DNA of 62,149 nucleotides from Paraglomus brasilianum (lineage: Eukaryota): assembly GCA_910592345.1 (NCBI GenBank), contig CAJVPI010000065.1:1-62149 (forward strand), written 5' to 3'. The notes beneath the pieces are model-generated. The model saw only the letters and a list, made by a program, of their open reading frames with translations. It searched no databases and was not told the DNA's origin. Position 1 is the first letter of the stretch. The number at the start of each line of letters is the position of its first letter. The translations under genes were made by a program, and so were the position numbers. Positions 11,519 through 22,990 of this stretch are shown here, one piece after another.

Positions 11519-12552
11519 ATGCAGGAAGATGTCGATTTTATGGGAGAAGCGTCAGAATCACTCTTCGGTATAGACAAGGATATAGTTCCATATTATAATA
11601 CCGTAAAGTATGGACAATTGGAAGTAGAAGCAGCTGGAAAAGAGGGTAAAGCGGCAACATTATTAGCGGATGCAATATTTAATTCCTCACTAGTCATGTG
11701 TGAGCAGATGGAGTGTGGAAAAGTTGATATCAGAGGGTGCAGAGGTAAGAAATTATAGATCAGATATAGAAATCGATTCAATCTAATTTAAGCGTTGCTA
11801 GTCTTAGAATTGGGTGCCGGAGCAGCCTTACCTTCGCTATATTCGGTTTTGAAAGGTGCAACGGAGGTGGGTTTATTGATTAAACTTAAAAACTTCGTTT
11901 CATTCTCTCACGTAACCCAGTTATGCCATTAATTATATAGGTTGTCTGCACAGATTATCCCGATTCAACTATAATAGACCCAATAATGAGAAATTGTGAA
12001 AGGAACCTGACAAATGAGATGTCGAGTAAGATTATAGTAAAAGGACACATATGGGGAGAAAATCCAGAAGAGCTTCTGTAAGTATATATAGATGCTCTCA
12101 ATTTTGTGGATTTTAATTAAACGAACGATTCTTAGTTTGACAGGGAATGATCACGACTTATCACCCAAACCTTTTGACAAGATATTTCTTTGTGATCTTT
12201 TGTGGCTTAAAGACGAACACTATAATATCTTAACCACTTGTCAAACGTGTTTGAGTCAAAATGGTAGAATTCATATCATGTGTGGTGATCATACAAAAAG
12301 GTAAAATGACAAATATGTAAGAGATATTAAATTGAATTTACAAGTCATATTTATAATAAACGCTAATGCATCGGTTATAATAAAATCGGAAGTCATGTAG
12401 CCAAGAAATTCTTTGAGATGGCCGAGGTAGAATTCAAATTCAAATGGAAGCAGCTGCGATTGGAAGATAAATGGGTAGGAAAGGAGCCATTGAACCTTAG
12501 GAATCTGGATGACAGGAAGAATTCTGTATGGGCCTATGAGATGTGGTGGTAG
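11519..12552 (+). CDS. Seven-beta-strand protein methyltransferase, EFM7/NNT1-like (Methyltransf_16 family), 5 exons
   Basis: Spliced motifs LLADAIFNSS, VLELGAGAALPSL (SAM motif I), VVCTDYPD, VKGHIWG and FDKIFLCDLLW; ends ..VWAYEMWW-stop at 12552. Confidence 0.85.
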
Positions 12553-13817
12553 ATGTAACTCGATCTTTTTGGGAGAAGATTGTACTGTTATTAGATTTAG
12601 TTAGAAAGTCATTGATTTTACCAATACGTTGTCATAAAGTTATTATCTGCCAAATGGTTTGAAAACTAGATCTTTGGCTTTATACAGTGTAGATTGAAAA
12701 TCATAAAAAGGATTCCTGTTAGTAATAAGTAAGGGGATAACTCATATTTTATACATGATTCGTATTTTGGGTTGAATCTTGATTATTCACTTCGTTTCTC
12801 TTCAGAGATACGAGTAATTTAATCTGATACAAGATTGTGATTATTACTCATCAGCTAATTATTACAGTATAGTGGAAAATAATAATAAGGTGCAACTTGG
12901 GAAATCTGTGCATGTTTACTGGTTCGCTTGGCTTAATTAGGAAATTAACAACCTGTAAAGAAAAACAATTCATACTTTATTTAATTAAAATGTTCTTTTT
13001 TTGGATAAAAATCGTGTCCAAACACCTGAAAACGCTTTAGCATTAGCCGTTTCTATTAACGAGAGCTTGTATAGTCAATGAGCAATGCGAGATTGAAACA
13101 CTGCCAAGTCTTCGTCCACGTGATAATGGCTTATCATGCATGTAGGGAGGACAAGGTGTATATATTTCGGGCTAAATCCGAAGTGGGCGTATCATTTTTA
13201 ACATATGCTTGTAGAAATTATATTGAATATAGGTTACAATGAACAATTGGTGGATCGTTATAGACGGCACTGATTTGCATTCAAACCGTGGTGCCTGCTT
13301 ATGCTGTTTGATCGTTGTAAATGACTAGACACTGGCAGTAAACGATATCACCGTACCTGTTTATGGTGAATCATTTAAGGGCACTCGCTCTGGAATTGTC
13401 TCGTTTGCATTGTCAAGCGGATTGCTCAATTCCCACACTGCCCAGAGTGATAAGTCGAGTCGAGAAAAATTTCCCATTGGTCACCACAACAGTATATCAA
13501 CTGCCATTTCGGATCTAAAAGAATACAATTTAATTATAATCATCTCCGCCCAAGCTAAAAATAAGAAGCTCGATTAGTGACTTGATGTGACAAATAGAAT
13601 ATTCACTATTATATGCACATACATTAAATAACCATGCCGTTTCATTCCCGCACTTTTAGAGTTGTCTTTTACACTCCGTGTGTGTGTATATATAAATATT
13701 ACAGAAGACTTTTTATTTCTAAATAAACAGTTGGTTTGAAAAAGATACTGCTTCCAGCAATCAACATTTTAGCAGTATCCGTTTTATTGCCAGCTTTGTT
13801 TTATATACTTGTTAATA

Positions 13818-16800
13818 ATGGTACAACTACGTCTCGCAACACAGTCTGCTCCGACTTCTCCAATAGTAGACAATAAACTCACATTCGAAAAAGTCAGACA
13901 CTGGACATGGGAACAAGTCTCTCACTGGCTACAAGAGAATAATTTCAAGGAATATGAGAGGTTATTTGCTGGTCAGCATCCTTTGTTATATGCAATATCC
14001 AGTAATAATCTTGCGTCAAACTAACGTACCATTGTCAAGATAGAAAATGACATCAACGGCGACGTCCTGCTCGAACTCGACCACCAAATATTAAAAGAAC
14101 TTCAAATACGGTCGATTGGAGATAGAATTCGATTATTAGCTGCTGTTCGTATGCTACTTAAAGCATGCTCAGCCAACGTCCATAATCCATACAAGGTAAA
14201 TCTTCCACACATATTGATGCTTAAGAATGTTAGTCCTGTATGCTTTAGAGATTGACGCAAGAGAACGCAGGACGATCCGCCATCTCCTACAAGTGACAAG
14301 AAAATACCAAAGTTCCGACTCAAATTTCTCAAAAACGTTGCACGGCGTCAGTCTAAGGCAATTTATAATACTAACAGTCAGACAGTTTAATCACAAATTA
14401 TTGTTTGTTTGTCAAGAAGCTTCTAATCTCTCATTTTTATGAAATCTAGGATTTATGTTATACGCCGGAGGCATTGTCGTTTCCGGTAGTACCGCTTGCC
14501 AGGTCTAGCTCGTTGTCGAGTACAGTGTCGAGCAAGTCTTTGAAGAGAAGCAATTCGGCAGGATCACCAAGAACACCAAATACACCAAAGTCGCCACAGT
14601 CCAACAAAGTTTGGGAGGCCTTGCTGCAGTCTAAGGGCTTGAGTTTTCTAAAGATGAATAATGTATGGACTGGTTGTTTTGTTTTTCCTTTTCTTTCGGA
14701 AAGAAATTTGTGGCAAAATAGTTCTATATTCACATACCAACACATTATTGACAGTCTTCTAATGACGGAGGAGCTGCAAATGATAATTTAAAGCAGGTAA
14801 GTTATGATGTTTTATGATACCTATTATTACGACTGGCGAAAATACTGATGATTCTCTCTAAAAATATATTAGCATTTTATAAAAGTTATCAGCGAGAGTC
14901 AAACAAAAACAATAAATATACAAAATGCGAATGATGCCAAGTCTATATTCGCCAAAGTATTAACAAAATTTAACATCACAGATGAAGTTGAGAAATATTC
15001 TCTATTTGTTTCAGATACGCATTCCGAAGCTGGTAAGCGCAAATCTTTTTTAGCCTTCTTTCAAACCCATTAATATAATTTTCCAACTTGATCCTTTTAA
15101 TTTTAACTAGCCCACAAGTTAAAAGATGATGAACTAGTAGAAATCTGCCGTGATCCTGACAGGCCTGAGCGCAACCGCCTAGTCCTGCGTAAAATTCATC
15201 AACATCTGAGTCATGAAGATTATATGCGCATCCGACAAAACCGCAAACTACAACGTTTCTTTGGAGAAAAAGTTCCAACAACGCCACAAGGGTTCTCCCA
15301 GAAGAAACTCAGAAACTTTTTCGGTCAGCGACCACCATCAGAATTGATTTCATTGAATCTCACAGAATATTTTCCCGGACATAATAGTGAAGAGTTGGAA
15401 AGAAGTCATAGAATGTCGATGAGGAGGGCTTCGAGGCCGTCAGGACCGTCGAGACCAAAATCGAGGACTGTTTCTAGATTATATGAGAATGAGTCATTAT
15501 CCTCGTCATCATCGTCATTTACTCTAGTGCCGTCTGTGCAAGGTGATGATTGTTCGTGTCATGAACTGCCTATACTTGAAGAAGAGCGTAACAACGAGTT
15601 TCAGGTTATGGAAGATGAGGAAGTTGAGGAGAGTTGGAATCCAGATGCCGATACTGATAGTACTGGTGAGTTGAGAGACTAGAATGTCACAGCCAGCGAA
15701 CATGGAGCATAAGCCCGAATGCAGTGTTTGACTACCTTATGATGTCTTGGCTGATTCACTTATATTACATTGTTGTTTTACAGATACATCGGATCTAACT
15801 CCTTTCAGGTGGATCAAAGGAGCACTTATTGGATCAGGTTCCTTTGGCAACGTGTATCTCGGCTTGAATTCTGCAACCGGAGAACTGATGGCTGTAAAGC
15901 AAGTCGAATTACCAACCGGACAATCTGCAAATGAAAACAGAAAGAAATCAATGGTATATATATGAATATTTCGGCCAATTTTCTGTTTTCATTTTCATTT
16001 CTAAACTTTTTTCTTTCATAATACGACAGTTGGATGCATTACAAAGAGAAATTACACTGCTGAAAGAGCTGGATCATGAGAATATTGTCCGATACCTTGG
16101 TAAAACGACCATTTATATTGAACGTCTTTTTTGTTCGAAATATGCATGACGAAAGCTAACACATCATTCTGTAATTAGGCTCGCAACACGATGAAAAGAG
16201 TCTCAACATTTTCTTAGAATACGTTCCGGGTGGTTCAGTATCCTCCATGCTGAGAAACTATGGTCCACAGGAGGAAACACTTGTACGGTCATTCGTCCGA
16301 CAGATATTGACAGGATTGAATTATCTACATGAACGAGATATAATTCATAGAGATATAAAGGGTGCCAATATACTTGTTGATAATAAGGGAGGAATTAAGA
16401 TTTCAGACTTTGGAATATCCAAGAAAGTTGAAGATGGTGAGAAGATTACAGTAAGAATGTTGATAATGAATGTTCATTTTCACTGACATTTTATATTTCA
16501 TTTCGTTAGAATTCATGGCGGCTACATCGGCACATCGTCCATCGCTTCAGGGTTCGGTGTTTTGGATGGCACCAGAAATCGTAAAGCAGACACATTATAC
16601 GACCAAAGCAGACATATGGTCACTCGGGTGTCTGATTGTCGAAATGTTTACTGGTGACCATCCATTCCCTAGTTATGATCAGATGCAGGCAATGTTCAAG
16701 GTATCTTGAAAGCAAATAATCTCAGTTAATTAGAAATCAAGTATATACGTGAATCCACTTGCATATTCCATCTAACTATGTTTTTACTTTGTCTAAAGAT

Positions 16801-16969
16801 TGGATTATCGTGTGCCCCAGAAATACCGGATAATATATCACATGATGCAACGGACTTTTTGCGTTTGACTTTTGAAGCTGATCATATCAACAGACCACCT
16901 GCTAATGTACTGCAGGTTCATCCATTTGTAACAACAACGCTTAAATCATCTCCACAACCCTCTCCTTAA
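13818..16969 (+). CDS. STE11: MAP kinase kinase kinase Ste11/Byr2 (SAM, Ras-association and kinase domains), multi-exon
   Basis: [26 protein letters not shown]; fungal Ste11 motif [24 protein letters not shown]; kinase [46 protein letters not shown] and [15 protein letters not shown]. Confidence 0.95.
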
Positions 16970-17252
16970 TTTCGTAGACGTTATGGAGCAGAAATAGACT
17001 TTCCCCTACACGTGTAGATAGCATTGTGAATGATGAGCATTATGATAGAATTCAAATAAATGCACATTATTTATGACATTATTGGCTCAACCGAATTCAA
17101 AATTTTGAAGGCACACATGAGCGGCTGTTGTACATCGTTTTGTGATACTTGTACATCTTATACACGGCGAAAAATATTTCGAAAGTTCGTTAGATCATAT
17201 TCGAGTCACGTGAAACATCATTATATCAAGCGAAAATTTCTTTTATTATATA

Positions 17253-17427
17253 CACAGTAAAATTCACTTTAACGAAGTCTCACTTTAACGAGATCGCTTT
17301 ATAACGAAGTTCTTTCCAGAACGGATTCATATATTTCATATAAAAAGACAGTTCACTTAAGCGAACTTTCAGGTTAACGAAGCAAAATCGTGGAACGAAT
17401 GTCTTCGTTAAAGTGAATTTCACTATG
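17253..17427. mobile_element. 175-bp MITE (pogo/Tigger-type) with ~25-bp TIRs and TA target-site duplication
   Basis: Left end TA|CACAGTAAAATTCACTTTAACGAAG; right end CTTCGTTAAAGTGAATTTCACTATG|TA; internal subterminal repeats of TAACGA(AG). Confidence 0.85.
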
Positions 17428-17479
17428 TACAACTATTCTATCTTAGAAAAGGATCTAAGGTGCTGTCGCTTCGCATTAA

Positions 17480-18735
17480 TTGAATGTAAAAGCGTTTTTT
17501 TCTTTATACTTAACAACGTTTTAAATTCGTTTGTGATAACAAACTCTTGGTTTGCTGTCTAATGTAATTAGGAATTACGTCTACTCCGTGAACTGCTTCC
17601 TGCTTTTGACAATAGGAAACTGTTCTTCGGGCTCGTCAGGTTCATCGGGTTCGTCAGAATACTTTATCATTTCGATTATCTCTTCGTCAATGGGATGATC
17701 GAGCTCATTATCATTGATCGGCTATTAAAGGATCCGAAATAAGTAATTGGTCAATTACATGTTGAATATTAGCGCGCCGTTGGCAACTCGTTAAAATTAA
17801 AGCATTCATGTCATTATCGATCCATGTTGGATTGTGACAGTATTCGAGTCTGTTCTGGATTGTGTTAATATTAACGTTATACCACGCGCTTTTGCAGCCA
17901 ATATAATTGCTTCTGCGATAGTAAGTCGGGTCGCAAGATCGTAGGTTTTCGACTATGTTGCATCATACTGTTAAGGTTTTTGTTGCATCCAGGCATTTTT
18001 ATTCCCAAAATAGTAAACAGGCAGAGACGTTTTATCGATATTTTTCAGCGAACGTGGAGTTTGCCAATTAACGGTTTTAATTCATGACTTCCGGTAGCGT
18101 TAACGGTCAATAAGAACGTTGTTTTGACTTTTGATCCCAGAAGGCAATAGATTTGGAAGTTGCCAATACAATGCGGTCTCATCACAATTGTAGATGTCTT
18201 CTAACTGGTAATTCTCAGTAATTCTTCCAAGATCAGTTTTGCGTTCCTTTATTAGTTGCACCTACGATTGAACGCTAAAGGTGCTCTTTTTTTGGTGTCT
18301 AATCATTTGCATTGTACGGTGTATGTGTTGTGGATGGATAATAAGTTCTGAGTGGTATGTTCTGGATGGAGTTGGTTGTACGCCCGAAGATATAACGCGT
18401 TTTAAAGCTCGAGCTTTCGCTCAAAATATGACCAGATATGACTTGGGGAACTTGATTTGCGTGTTCTAACCACGTATACAGAGCTTCTTCGATTACAGGA
18501 TATGCGGCAATTCGTTCGCGTTTCCTCTTCGTTAAAGAAAAACCTTCATCTAGAGTCAGCCAGTACGATGAATTTTTGAGAATGGTATAGAGACACCGGT
18601 ATTTTTCTTTAATTCCATACAGTTTAGCAAGCGCCGCTTGAGTCAAATTAGGTTGAGCTTTCTTTTTTAAACACAAATCTCTTTTTTGAACACCCGTTAG
18701 AGAAACCCGCTTTATTGCAGTTTTTTACTAATCAT
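17480..18735 (-). pseudogene. Degenerate pogo/Tigger (CENP-B-like) transposase
   Basis: ATG at 18735, RVSLTGVQKRDLCLKKKAQPNLTQAALAKLYGI (HTH), YPVIEEALYTW (CENP-B HTH), YQLEDIYNCDETALYW, LLTVNATGSH and LPVYYF..KNAWM, with many stops and frameshifts. Confidence 0.85.
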
Positions 18736-18799
18736 ACTTCTATTGTTCATAGCCTTTTAATTGTTGCGAGAACGAGTTAAAGAGAAATAAAACTTGATT

Positions 18800-19660
18800 A
18801 ATTTAGGGCCTTCTCAATATTTGGAAGTCGTCAAAATAGGGGCATCAGCTTTCTAAATAGAGTAATACCATATTTACCTTTATCGTTATGCGGATAAATG
18901 TGATAAAATTCATATGTGACATTAAGCATACGCGCATAACGCGCATAAATAACGCCCTCCCGTATGAGACTGTTATACTGTTAATGATAATGTTATCTAT
19001 CAGCCGGAAAAGGCTTATTGCCTTCATAGTAACAGAAGTAATAAAATCTAAATAAGAATTTAATTGATATAGAATTAGAATTTTAATTTCTGTTTGATTC
19101 AATGTCAAGGATTAATCGTACACCTCGTTTACTTCGGCCAAAAACAATTAATGACGAGAGAGCGGGTATAATAGTTTTTAAATCTCATTTTCGCATTTTT
19201 GCGATCTACGTTCAATCGACTGCTTAGCACCCTACAGCAACATCCTAACTATTTAACTCCTATTGAAATTCAAGTTGGCATTGTGATTCAACGATTAGCA
19301 AATCCTCTGGGATATCGCCAACTAGAACAAATGTTTGGTGTTAGCCAAGGATCAGTCGCACATTCTACTAAACGATTTATTGAAGCCATTCTGGACACCC
19401 TCCAACATTATCAAACCCGCATACGTTGCGGATGTTTAGGATCCGAGGTTTTTTTGCTTCTTAGGCATTGCAATGAATATGAAAAAAAAAAAGATTTCTT
19501 GATGTATCCCATGTATTACTCTCGTCACATCACATCGATGTCTGGTGTTCATATGAAAAATAAACAATTTCCAATTTAGGGATGCCCCTTGATGCCCAAA
19601 TAACTTCCATTTTTATCATCGATTTTCCAAATTTGATCGGGGCATCAAGCTGCCCTTAAT
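18800..19660 (+). mobile_element. PIF/Harbinger-type transposon remnant
   Basis: 19199-19410 RSTFNRLLSTL..PIEIQVGIVIQRLANPLGYRQLEQMFGVSQGSVAHSTKRFIEAI resembles the HARBI1-like HTH. GGGGCATCA(A)GCT terminal-like motifs occur at ~18839 and ~19639-19655 (followed by TTAA), with an inverted copy at ~19579-19600. Confidence 0.65.
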
Positions 19661-20120
19661 TGGTTTAATTTGAAAGCATCGCACTATTAACTGAAATAAC
19701 CGAAGGAAAGCCACCTGTTTTCGTTTTCTCAATTATAGAAGTTGTAGATGAGCGATTACGCTCTTTGATGAAATTGAAGAAGCATCTTGTATCGAAACGA
19801 AGAAGGAAGGAAGCTGATCGATCTTTGGCATATCAAAGTTATTTAATGTGCTGGAAACCGGAATAAAGCAATAGATACCTATTACTACGTAGAAATCATT
19901 GATAGCGGCATAATAATAACGCGATTTTACTAAAGGAGGGAGTGATGTATAACGAGGTTCGACTGATCAATATTCGCATTCCATGTACGGGAATGCGTTT
20001 CGGAAATACTGTGAACGTAAGAACTCCCCGGGCGTTATTTTTGGAAACAAACCGTTTTTATAATGACAATAAATAATTACAAAAATACATGGAACTTTTG
20101 TTAAACCTACAATATAGCAA

Positions 20121-22685
20121 CTAATTGTCCGCGAAAGTAATATTACATTTTGCACAAAACTCTTTAGCCTTATCATGTCCATTGAGCGCAGCAGATTTCA
20201 AATACTGCTCTCCTTTCGTCTTATCGCCTCTACCAGGGAGCGATCCTTGATAATAAAGCTTACCTATATTGTACATAGCAGTGATATTCTTTTGTTCAGC
20301 GGCTAACTCAAAATACTTAACTGCCTCTAATTTATTTCCTTTAACTCCAGTAGAATTCCATAGACAATGTCCGTATATCAATTGAGCATCAGCCATTCCG
20401 TGATCGGCAGTCTCTTTGAACAATTCGGCGGCCTTTTTCAGTCTTGCTTCTTTTTGTTCATCAGTCTCAGTTTCTTGGAGAAGGTTGTAATGTAGATAGT
20501 AACCGTAGTAATACTTCGCTGTCATATCTTCCCACTCAGCGTGCACCTTAAACGCTTCAAACGCCATTTTTCGGTCTCCTCCTGATATTTTGTGTTGTTT
20601 AATAGCATCTTCGATAGACATCACTTGTGCGATTTTAGCCAATCCATCTAATTCGAAATCATCATCAATACAGTCTATTGAGTCAGGTTCCGTGCTCGTT
20701 ACAAAAAGTTCATTTCCAGATGAGGATGTTCTTTGTGAGGAAAATGTTGGCCGTGGAGAAGCTGGTGGCTTGAGTTTCTTCATTAGGTTGAAGAAAGTTG
20801 TGAAAAGTTCACTCAAAGGCGGACGCATTCCTGGGGAAAAGCTTGTAGCTGGCGAAGAAAAAGGAGATAAAGATGAGCGAGTGAACGAATTTCAGGTGTA
20901 GAAATTTCAGATATTCTAGACAAAAACCTGAGAGAGTGGCCTTCTTCCATTCAGGTGGAACAGTCTCTCCGAACACAATTTTGCCCGTGTTTTTGGCGAC
21001 GATTTCACTCACTTCGAGGAAATCACTGATTTTATGATAAGGCTCTTTAAGTTCAGCAATTTCCCAAAGAAGCATGCCGAAACTAGAAACAAGTAAGTTA
21101 ACATAAATTGATTGTTATGCAAACGACAATGGTATCTACCCACCTGTATATCTCGCATTTCATGTTGTAATTGAGTCTTGGGTCGTTTATTTTCTCGGGG
21201 GCCATATACCGCGCTTTCTCTAGTGTGTTCTCCATTGATGAAGTCGGACCATAAAACGTACGACTACAAAATTATAAAGTTAAGTAATTACCACACAGCC
21301 TTCCTGCCCAATTTGAATAACTGTCAGTTGTGACAATAAATTATCGATACATACCCGTAACTGAAGTTTTGGATTTTAGCAGAATATTTGTCGGTGATCA
21401 ACACATTTGCAGACCGAACGTCATGATGATAAATTGAAATGGAATGCAAGAATGTTAATGCTCTCAGGATTTCAATAGCAATAGATGTCTTTATATTCCA
21501 AGTAAAAGCATCAGGATCAGCTGTGTATGCTTCTCTTAATGTTCCAAGGTCCGCCCATTCTGTCACGAGATGAAGCCCATTATCCAATGAGACCAGTCCA
21601 TAGAACTTGATTATGTTCTCATTTAGTTTAAATCTCTTGTAAATAATCACTTGACTGATCAATTCTTTATTCCTGGTTTCGTCGCCCATTCCAATAGACT
21701 GAGATTTCAAAGCAACTTCTACTGGAATACCTGTTTCCGGAGGAGTATAATATGCCTTTCGTACTTTGTCTATTTGCACCCTGTCGCCTTCTTCTGGTTC
21801 TTTAATCAACGAGGGAGGAACCATGACCGTCCCGAATAGTGCATCCGAGTTGTAGTGCGAACTCAAATGTGCTTTGCTCATGTCTTCAATGACTTCTAGA
21901 TCAGGGTTGAATCCATTTCCTGCTTTAGCAGTGATGCCTGCGTGAATGTTTGCCATAAACTACAATGAAAGCGAAAATAAGTAAGACAGATGTGTAATTT
22001 CAGAGAATGAAGATTAATTGCGCTGACTGAGATGTGAATGTAATCGAAATAAAACGTACGGCTTTGAGTTCTTTCATGTCTGCCGCAATGGCTTCAGTAT
22101 CTTGTTGCGTTTGAACAGCCAATGCAAAGTTCAAGACTCTTATTTGGCCATCGAACTCTTGGCTTAATTCGTTAAATCGGCCCGCGATATCGTGAGACAT
22201 CATAAACCTTTTCAATCCTGTTTTTGAGAATGATCAATAATCGGCAGCTATTTACACGACTTCAGACTCTTTTTTTCAAAGAGTTCTTAAGCCTTCAATT
22301 CAATTTGCAACGTCAGATACCAACCTGAAAGTTGGTAAATGTCTTTAACAAAAGTTCTAATCTTCTTGATAGTTTCCACGAATTTCTTAAAATTCTGGAA
22401 AAATTCCGGTGACCACAATTCCGCTTCATGATCTCTTGCTTTCAATTGAAGACTCTTGACTGCAGTTTCTGCTAATGCAGCTCGATCGAACAATGCACTG
22501 CAAATGCGCTTATTATGCTCTGCCTCTTGATACATACTTATGATTTCCTGCACCACGTCAGTTACTGTGCTGATTAGAGGAAGAAACGGTGTAATGCATT
22601 CGGCAACATTGGCAGCGCCGCGAGAGACTGTACCCACAGCCGCAAGAACTGAGAATGATGCGTCGATTATCTTTCCTCCTTCCAT
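20121..22685 (-). CDS. MLKL-like N-terminal helical bundle + tyrosine-kinase-like pseudokinase + Sel1 repeats (6 exons)
   Basis: N-terminal FLPLISTVTDVVQEIISMYQEAEHNKRICSALFDRA...FKKFVETIKKIRTFVKDI..LKRFM..IAGRFNELSQEFD. Kinase fold with VALK, IIKFYG, VTEWADLGTL, HHDVRSANVL, KIQNFSY, RYMAPEK and YSFGMLLWEI. Sel1 repeats AAELFKETADHGMADAQLIYG, AVKYFELAAEQKNITAMYNIG and QYLKSAALNGHDKA. Confidence 0.88.
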
Positions 22686-22990
22686 TATGGTTTGTTTTTC
22701 TTTTTATTTTAGATTAAATGATTAAAAGCGTTAGAAGCTTTTTTATACTTGCTTTCATGCTCCGCAGATTATTTATAAAACAAGACTGAATGCTCTGCAT
22801 CGATGTGACACAACATTGAAACGACAAAGGATTTGGCTACATAATATTATATTGCATTTGCATTGTTACCCAAATAATTGAAAAGAAGTCATACACAATC
22901 TAAACAATTGATGTGATTGCTCTTCACAAGAGAATTGTTACAGCTTTGAATCAACATTGTGCATTATACCCATATTCATTCTTATTCATA

